Assembly (NCBI GenBank): GCA_044440125.1
Contig: JBITAJ010000023.1
Location: 1 to 22,524 of the forward strand
Length of the DNA stretch: 22,524 nt
Origin: Sedimentisphaeraceae bacterium JB056
GTDB taxonomy: Bacteria > Planctomycetota > Phycisphaerae > Sedimentisphaerales > Sedimentisphaeraceae
Reading direction: 5' to 3'
Within the stretch, counting starts at the first letter, position 1. The number at the start of each line of letters is the position of its first letter. Shown here in pieces: positions 16,929 to 22,524 of this stretch. Below the pieces are notes generated by a model. It searched no databases, had not been told where the DNA came from, and was given only the letters and a program-made list of their open reading frames with translations. The position numbers and the translations under genes are program-made.

Positions 16929-16943
16929 ACAGCTTTATATAAT
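16915..16943 (+). promoter_or_regulatory. Possible internal sigma70 promoter for the GH95-like pair
   Basis: TTGAAC (16915-16920), a 17-bp spacer, then a perfect TATAAT (16938-16943), 46 bp before ATG 16990. Confidence 0.45.
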
Positions 16944-16989
16944 AGCCGACCGGAAAACTTGATATATTCAGAAGCTGAGTTGTAAAAAT

Positions 16990-19377
16990 ATGAAAAAAAA
17001 TATTGAGCAGCATGATATTGTTTACGAAGAGGCTCCGCAATTTTGGCAGGATGGTTTCCCGCTTGGCAACGGACATTTTGGAGCACTTGCGTATCAGAAA
17101 GATGGAGTGGAGTTTGCATTCAGTAAGCAGGATGTATGGGATAGACGTTGTGAAATGGCTCCGAAGCTTCCTTTGGATGAATTCAGGGCGATACTTTCTA
17201 AACAGGGTATTGATGCGGCTGCAAAAGAGATAGATAAAGAGTTTGTCGGCAGAAGCTATGAATATCCCACGCCAAAAAGTTGTGGGTGTTTGAATATCTC
17301 AACAGGTGCTGTATATAACAACAGTTTTCCCGTTACTACTTCTATTTCAAACACAAAGCAGAGATTACGGCTTGAAAAGGCTGTGGTCGAATCTGAGTAT
17401 GAGGTTGCACCCAAAGCTGTTTGTGTTGAATCATTTATTGACAGCGAGAGCAACTTATTTGTTGCCGAAGTTAAGGATAGTTGGTTGAACTCTGCTTTTG
17501 AGTACGACTTTACGCAGGAGGTTTCTTTGCTGCGAGAAATTGATCCTCTGCTGGGAACACCCCAAACCGGTTTTGCCGGTTCGGTTATGTGGATAAAGTA
17601 TCGGTTTCCTGATGGGTTTGAATATGTTATGGCTGCCGGTATAACCGGTGCAGATTGTTCCGTACCGGTTTGTGTTGCCGGAAAAGTCAAGACAGATGTA
17701 CGGCTTACCTATGAAGATAAGCTGCCCAAATCATACAGCATTTTTGTAACGGTTGTTACCAGTAAAGAAACAGATAATTGTCTCTCGCAGGCAGTCTCAA
17801 CAATCGAGCAGGCTGTTTCAAATGGTGTGTCGTTCTACAAAAAACGTCATCAATACTGGTGGGATAGCTTCTGGAAAAAGAGCAGTATAACACTTGATGA
17901 TAAAGAATTGGAGAAGCTTTGGTATTTTTCACTTTATCAATATGCAGGCAGTTCAAGGGGTAAGACGGCACCCGGTTTACTTGGTTTATGGAATCATCTT
18001 GACATAACTCCCTGGCATGGTGATTATCATGGCGACATATGTATGTCTATGACGTATTGGGGTTGCTTTTCTTCCAATCATCTGGAACTTACCGAGCCTT
18101 TCGTTGAAACTTTTACAAAGCTGCTTCCGGTATTCAAAGAACAGACAATGGAGATGTACGGTATTGATGGTATAAAATTTCCGCAGGCTACATTGGATAC
18201 AGGTGTTGAACTTACTTGTGGGCATTACAGAATGATGCAATGTTCGAGCGGTTTTTACGCCCTTACGTTTTGGTGGTTATATCTGTACACTCTTGATGAA
18301 GATTTTCTCAAAGATACTGTATTCTATATTCTTGAGCAATCGAGTAAATTTTATACGGCTTTATGTGAACAGACAGAAGAGGGCGTGCAGATTGGTCCAT
18401 CATGGGCTCCTGAACAGGGACCTTTCCCCTGCTATAATTCAGCTAACGACCTTGCCCTCATAAAGCAGGTTTGGCTTGCCTATAAACGTTCATGTGAACT
18501 GCTGGATATTCAGTCAGATGTGCTTGAAGATGTTAAATATTTTCTTGACAGATTCCCCGCGTACGCTCAGAAAGACGGCATTCTGCTTGATTCCTATACT
18601 GCGAAAGATCATATCACCTTAAATCATCCGGGATTGCTGGCTATGGTTTCACCTGCCGCAGAAGTGGATGCAGGGCATCCTTTGGCTGATGTTGCGATAA
18701 AGACAATGAATACCTATCTTGACAGGACATACCGGAATTCACTTGATGGCAAGGGGCCTGCCGATGATCATACATGGATATGGCTTGCTTCTGTTGCGGT
18801 AAAGCTGCAGGATAAGGCATTTGCTGAAAAAATGATTGATTATGGACTCAGGTTATTTACAAAGCCCAATGGTATGTTCAGTTGGTTTCCTAATGAGCAG
18901 ATATGCGATAAACAATCCAGACGTTTGGCATATGGAGATGGGCAGAGTGCCGAAAATGTACACCGTTTTCGTTTCCTGAGCGGTGTATCTGAAAAAGCGA
19001 TTCGACGCCAGATACAGTTTATTCAGGAGCCTGCCGGTTTTATACATGTTATTAATGAAATGATGATGCAGAGTCATGCCGGGGTAATTAGGTTATTCCC
19101 GTCTGTACTTCCGCATATTAAGGAATGTTCTTTTGAAAACTTGAGAGCAGAAGGTGCGTTTCTTGTAAGCGGTTCGTTTGCCGATGGTAATATTGTATCG
19201 CTAAAGATTAAAAGCCTTAAAGGTGGGGTGTGTGATATACGGGGTTTAGATACAATGGTGGAGTTTGTGAAAATTGTTGCCGATAACAAGAAAATTTCGT
19301 ATGTATATAAAGGTGGATTGATTTCTTTTGAAACTTTACCGGATAAAGAATATAAATTTTATTTCAGAAACGATTGA
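16990..19377 (+). CDS. GH95-like (alpha-L-fucosidase 2-like) glycoside hydrolase, divergent; no signal peptide
   Basis: 795 aa with GFPLGNGHFGAL, PGLLGLWN...PWHGDYH, PSWAPEQ, NEMMMQSH.GVIRLFP and LRAEGAFLVS. Confidence 0.8.
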   Translation: MKKNIEQHDIVYEEAPQFWQDGFPLGNGHFGALAYQKDGVEFAFSKQDVWDRRCEMAPKLPLDEFRAILSKQGIDAAAKEIDKEFVGRSYEYPTPKSCGCLNISTGAVYNNSFPVTTSISNTKQRLRLEKAVVESEYEVAPKAVCVESFIDSESNLFVAEVKDSWLNSAFEYDFTQEVSLLREIDPLLGTPQTGFAGSVMWIKYRFPDGFEYVMAAGITGADCSVPVCVAGKVKTDVRLTYEDKLPKSYSIFVTVVTSKETDNCLSQAVSTIEQAVSNGVSFYKKRHQYWWDSFWKKSSITLDDKELEKLWYFSLYQYAGSSRGKTAPGLLGLWNHLDITPWHGDYHGDICMSMTYWGCFSSNHLELTEPFVETFTKLLPVFKEQTMEMYGIDGIKFPQATLDTGVELTCGHYRMMQCSSGFYALTFWWLYLYTLDEDFLKDTVFYILEQSSKFYTALCEQTEEGVQIGPSWAPEQGPFPCYNSANDLALIKQVWLAYKRSCELLDIQSDVLEDVKYFLDRFPAYAQKDGILLDSYTAKDHITLNHPGLLAMVSPAAEVDAGHPLADVAIKTMNTYLDRTYRNSLDGKGPADDHTWIWLASVAVKLQDKAFAEKMIDYGLRLFTKPNGMFSWFPNEQICDKQSRRLAYGDGQSAENVHRFRFLSGVSEKAIRRQIQFIQEPAGFIHVINEMMMQSHAGVIRLFPSVLPHIKECSFENLRAEGAFLVSGSFADGNIVSLKIKSLKGGVCDIRGLDTMVEFVKIVADNKKISYVYKGGLISFETLPDKEYKFYFRND

Positions 19378-19392
19378 TACTGAGAGGTGTTG

Positions 19393-22041
19393 ATGAAGAG
19401 TTATTTTGATTTTGACAGTGGCAGATGGAATGTCAGCTGGCCGCAGCGCGTTAGCCGACATAATCTTGTTTACCATACTCCGCCCAACGATGCGATGGAG
19501 GGTTTGCCGCTTGGCAATGGTGAACTTGCAACTCTTCTGTGGTGTGATAATTCTAAACTCATAATTGTGTTTAATAAGAGCGATTTGTGGGATGAGATGC
19601 CGCATGAGAATTTTAGAAACTGGAATGCCGCTCAGGAAGATAAAAGCACAACCCTGCGTCATGGATGCAGAATAATTATAGACTTTCATTTGCCGGTTTT
19701 TGAAACAATATATCTTAATGATTTCAAAGCGGTACTGGATATTTCTGAAGGTTCTTTGAATATAAATACTCAAACGCCGTTTGGCTCATTGGAATTTTCC
19801 GCTTTTATTGCTTATAATGAAGATACTCTTGCCTGTCGTGTTAATCCAAACTTTAATGATGATATAAGCTATGATATAACTGTAGAGCGTTTTGGTTCGC
19901 GAACATTCTCACATTGGTATTATCTCATAAATCGCGATCCTTCAATCGGTCTTGGCGGTACAGCCTCCTTCACTGATGGGAATATGATAGGTATTGAGCA
20001 TCAGCTTAACGGCGGTAAATTTACTGCCGCCGCACTTTTTCCGCCTGCCGGCACGAGCAGTAGAGCCAATAATAATTCGGTATCAATGCGTTTCTCTCAA
20101 AAAGATGGCGAGATAGATTTTTTTGCGGTAATTACAAGCCCTGCCGATGATGACAGTCGCAGTATTGCCGGAGAGAGTTTGATTTGTGCAGAGAATAAAG
20201 GTTTTGATGAATTGCTGACCTCCAGCCGCGCGAAGTGGAGAGGATTTTGGGAAAGGTCGTTTATCTGCCTTGAAGATGATTATCTTGACAACCTGTGGCA
20301 TCTTACGATGTATTATATGCGATGTTGTCAGGGTGGTAAATATCCGGGGCGTTTTATAAACGGTCTCTGGGGCTGGTATCATGATGCCCAGCCGTGGAAT
20401 TTTTATTTCCACTGGAACCAGCAATGCCTCAACTGGCCGCTCAACGCTGCCGGCAACCACGACCTGCTCGAGAGTTATCTTGAATATCGTTTCAACTCAC
20501 TTGATCACGCCCGTCGTGATGCCGCGACTCTCCACGGCAGCAAAGGTGCCTTCGTATCCGACGTTACCGACAAGGACGGCCGCAATTCTGTCGGCGAGGT
20601 TCATAATTATACTCCCGTTGCTCAGATCGCAGTCGAATTCTGGAAACAATACAGTTATACCGGCGATAAGGATTTTCTCCATAATCGTGTTGTACCGTAT
20701 ATGTATGAGGCGTGTTTATTTTTTGAACCTCTTTTTACTCTTGGCGATGATGGGAAGTATCATCCCGTCAAATCATGCGGCTTTGAAGGCTGGATCGAAC
20801 TTGAAGATTCCATCGCCCTGATAAGCTGCGGCAAAGACTTATTCCGCTGTGCTGCGGAAGCTTTCGAGCTGGCCGGCCAACATAGCGATTTAGGGCAAAG
20901 GATAAAAAGAATTGCCGATAATATGTGTGATGTGCCAGTTTTTAATGGCGAAGGTTCCCTTATCTGCGGCTCCGGCGAAAAACTCACCCTCGATAGAGGC
21001 ATGTTCAAAGGAGAGGAAGCGACCGGTCCGGATGTATTGGCGGCAGGTTTCTGCCCTGAAAAGGGAAAAATGCTTGCCTCAATAGCTCCGTGTGAGAAAG
21101 ATACTTCCTCCTGCGATAGCGTACTCGATCTGCTCCACAGGATACAAAAAGCTGACGGTTCGGTCTGTTTTGACAACCGCGATATGGCCAACTTCTCCGG
21201 TATACACAGTGCATCGGAGAATTCGCCCGTTTATCCGTCGGGTTGCATTGGTCTCAAAGACTGCGGTACTCCGGCCTTCAACGCCGCCGTCAACACGGCA
21301 AGGCTTTACGCCCCCGAAATGCTCAGTTGGGATACTCTGCCTATAATGATGGCAAGGCTGGGAATGGGCCGCCATATGCACGAGTTGCTCCAAACATGGC
21401 CGGATAAATGGATATTCAACCCCAACGGTTTCTCCTATTACGGGCCGCTGGGTACGCGAATAGGTGAATTCTTCTTCAAAAACAGACGAGTAAAAGCCGA
21501 AGATGCCTCGGTTTCGGCAATTGATAACTTCAGTGATGTTGGGAATGTGCCGCGAAATGAAACCTTTGAGTGGGAAACATGGAATTTCAGACATCTTGGG
21601 CTTGAGCCTCTTGGCGTTTTGGCATGTGCGGTAAATGAGTCGCTGCTTCAAAGCTATGACGGTATTGTAAGGGTATTCCCGGCTGCGTCACCTGGGCCTG
21701 CCGCTTTTACTCTCCATGCAGAGGGCGGCTTCATAGTATCTTCTCAAAGCAGCAAAAATGGTTCGCCTCTTTGGATTGATATACTGAGCAAAGGCGGCAA
21801 AGAGATTGTAATTGTAAACCCATGGGACAATATGTATATTTATTGTCAGGATGAATTAGTTAAAAACAGTAATGAGCGTGAAGTTCATTTTGAAACATCT
21901 GCTGGAAACCGTTATTTGCTTTTTGATAAAGAAATCCATGAATATAGCATAGAAAAAATCGGTTTTGATTTTAAAAATAATGAGAAATCTAAAGTGCATT
22001 TCGGTGGCGACGTTTCTCTGGGTAAACCAAGAATATATTAA
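19393..22041 (+). CDS. Second GH95-like, (alpha/alpha)6-barrel glycoside hydrolase, divergent; no signal peptide
   Basis: Motifs include GLPLGNGELA, KSDLWDE, WRGFWERS, YSYTGDKDFL, NESLLQSYDGIVRVFPA and LHAEGGFIVS. The start is placed at ATG 19393 behind GAGAGG (the ORF track uses GTG 19387). Confidence 0.75.
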   Translation: MKSYFDFDSGRWNVSWPQRVSRHNLVYHTPPNDAMEGLPLGNGELATLLWCDNSKLIIVFNKSDLWDEMPHENFRNWNAAQEDKSTTLRHGCRIIIDFHLPVFETIYLNDFKAVLDISEGSLNINTQTPFGSLEFSAFIAYNEDTLACRVNPNFNDDISYDITVERFGSRTFSHWYYLINRDPSIGLGGTASFTDGNMIGIEHQLNGGKFTAAALFPPAGTSSRANNNSVSMRFSQKDGEIDFFAVITSPADDDSRSIAGESLICAENKGFDELLTSSRAKWRGFWERSFICLEDDYLDNLWHLTMYYMRCCQGGKYPGRFINGLWGWYHDAQPWNFYFHWNQQCLNWPLNAAGNHDLLESYLEYRFNSLDHARRDAATLHGSKGAFVSDVTDKDGRNSVGEVHNYTPVAQIAVEFWKQYSYTGDKDFLHNRVVPYMYEACLFFEPLFTLGDDGKYHPVKSCGFEGWIELEDSIALISCGKDLFRCAAEAFELAGQHSDLGQRIKRIADNMCDVPVFNGEGSLICGSGEKLTLDRGMFKGEEATGPDVLAAGFCPEKGKMLASIAPCEKDTSSCDSVLDLLHRIQKADGSVCFDNRDMANFSGIHSASENSPVYPSGCIGLKDCGTPAFNAAVNTARLYAPEMLSWDTLPIMMARLGMGRHMHELLQTWPDKWIFNPNGFSYYGPLGTRIGEFFFKNRRVKAEDASVSAIDNFSDVGNVPRNETFEWETWNFRHLGLEPLGVLACAVNESLLQSYDGIVRVFPAASPGPAAFTLHAEGGFIVSSQSSKNGSPLWIDILSKGGKEIVIVNPWDNMYIYCQDELVKNSNEREVHFETSAGNRYLLFDKEIHEYSIEKIGFDFKNNEKSKVHFGGDVSLGKPRIY

Positions 22042-22524
22042 TAAAGGTATGGGAATGAGGTTTTGAAGGCGTAGGGTGCATAAACTCATTAGTTACCAGA
22101 TCTTGGTTTTTAATGGATTAATTGCTTTGATTTGAGCTGTATTCTGTAGTTAATGCATGAATAATTACGTTGTATGTCGCAGAAAACAATGAAGTTTGAC
22201 TTTGTTTGTTTAATGCCGAACGCATATGTCTTGATGCAATGGGGCTTTGCAGGCTCAGCTTGAATAGTGATTTTTTTCAAGCGGCAAGGCGGTGGTATGA
22301 TTTCAGGAGACCGCCGAGTCTTTCTGTGCATTGGATATCAGTATCATTATGTATTCTTGGTTCAATACAGGATAAAAGAGGTTAATCCAGGTCTTGAATT
22401 TGCAACACACTTGCAACAGTTATGCTCGTTTGAGTTACTGCTGAGCTTCGACTGTGCTACGGTTGAAATTATAAGTCTTTTAATATCAGTTGTTAATCAT
22501 TTATTAGTAGATACTTACGAAACC

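Noticed and set aside
21079..21651. 190-aa antisense ORF and the other short nested ORFs in the track
   Set aside because: All lie within longer motif-supported CDSs and have no independent evidence.
22288..22315. GGCGGT...ACCGCC inverted repeat as a terminator
   Set aside because: The stem is only 6 bp with a 16-nt loop, and it is about 250 bp from the last stop codon.
22110..22331. 73-aa minus-strand ORF in the terminal region
   Set aside because: It has no recognisable domain and no convincing RBS, so it is probably spurious.

Overview
This window is a gene-dense, LacI-regulated carbohydrate-utilisation locus. It has two divergent operons driven from one 245-bp intergenic region (6333-6577), which holds two near-consensus sigma70 promoters and a TTTATCGATAAA palindrome. 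The leftward arm has no signal peptides and encodes a GH2-like hydrolase, a sodium:solute symporter, a DUF4838-like protein and the 5' end of a probable GNAT acetyltransferase. The rightward arm encodes, in order: a LacI regulator; a beta-propeller hydrolase-like protein; a 1229-aa secreted protein (three LamG repeats, a dockerin-like motif, a putative clan GH-A barrel and a second dockerin-like motif); a DUF1559-type prepilin-like protein; a stand-alone secreted paralog of that same barrel; a secreted GH42-like multidomain protein; and two divergent GH95-like proteins. The FTLIELL prepilin and the C-terminal 'ADI..DC.V...DF...A.NWL' motif suggest a planctomycete, probably Phycisphaerae/Sedimentisphaerales (inference). 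The most notable feature is a polysaccharide-utilisation locus with no SusC/D pair in the window, where a pilin-like gene sits between a surface-type and a periplasmic-type copy of one unclassified glycoside-hydrolase-like domain. I saw no RNA genes, mobile elements or CRISPR arrays. All family calls come from recognising motifs by eye, not from database searches.
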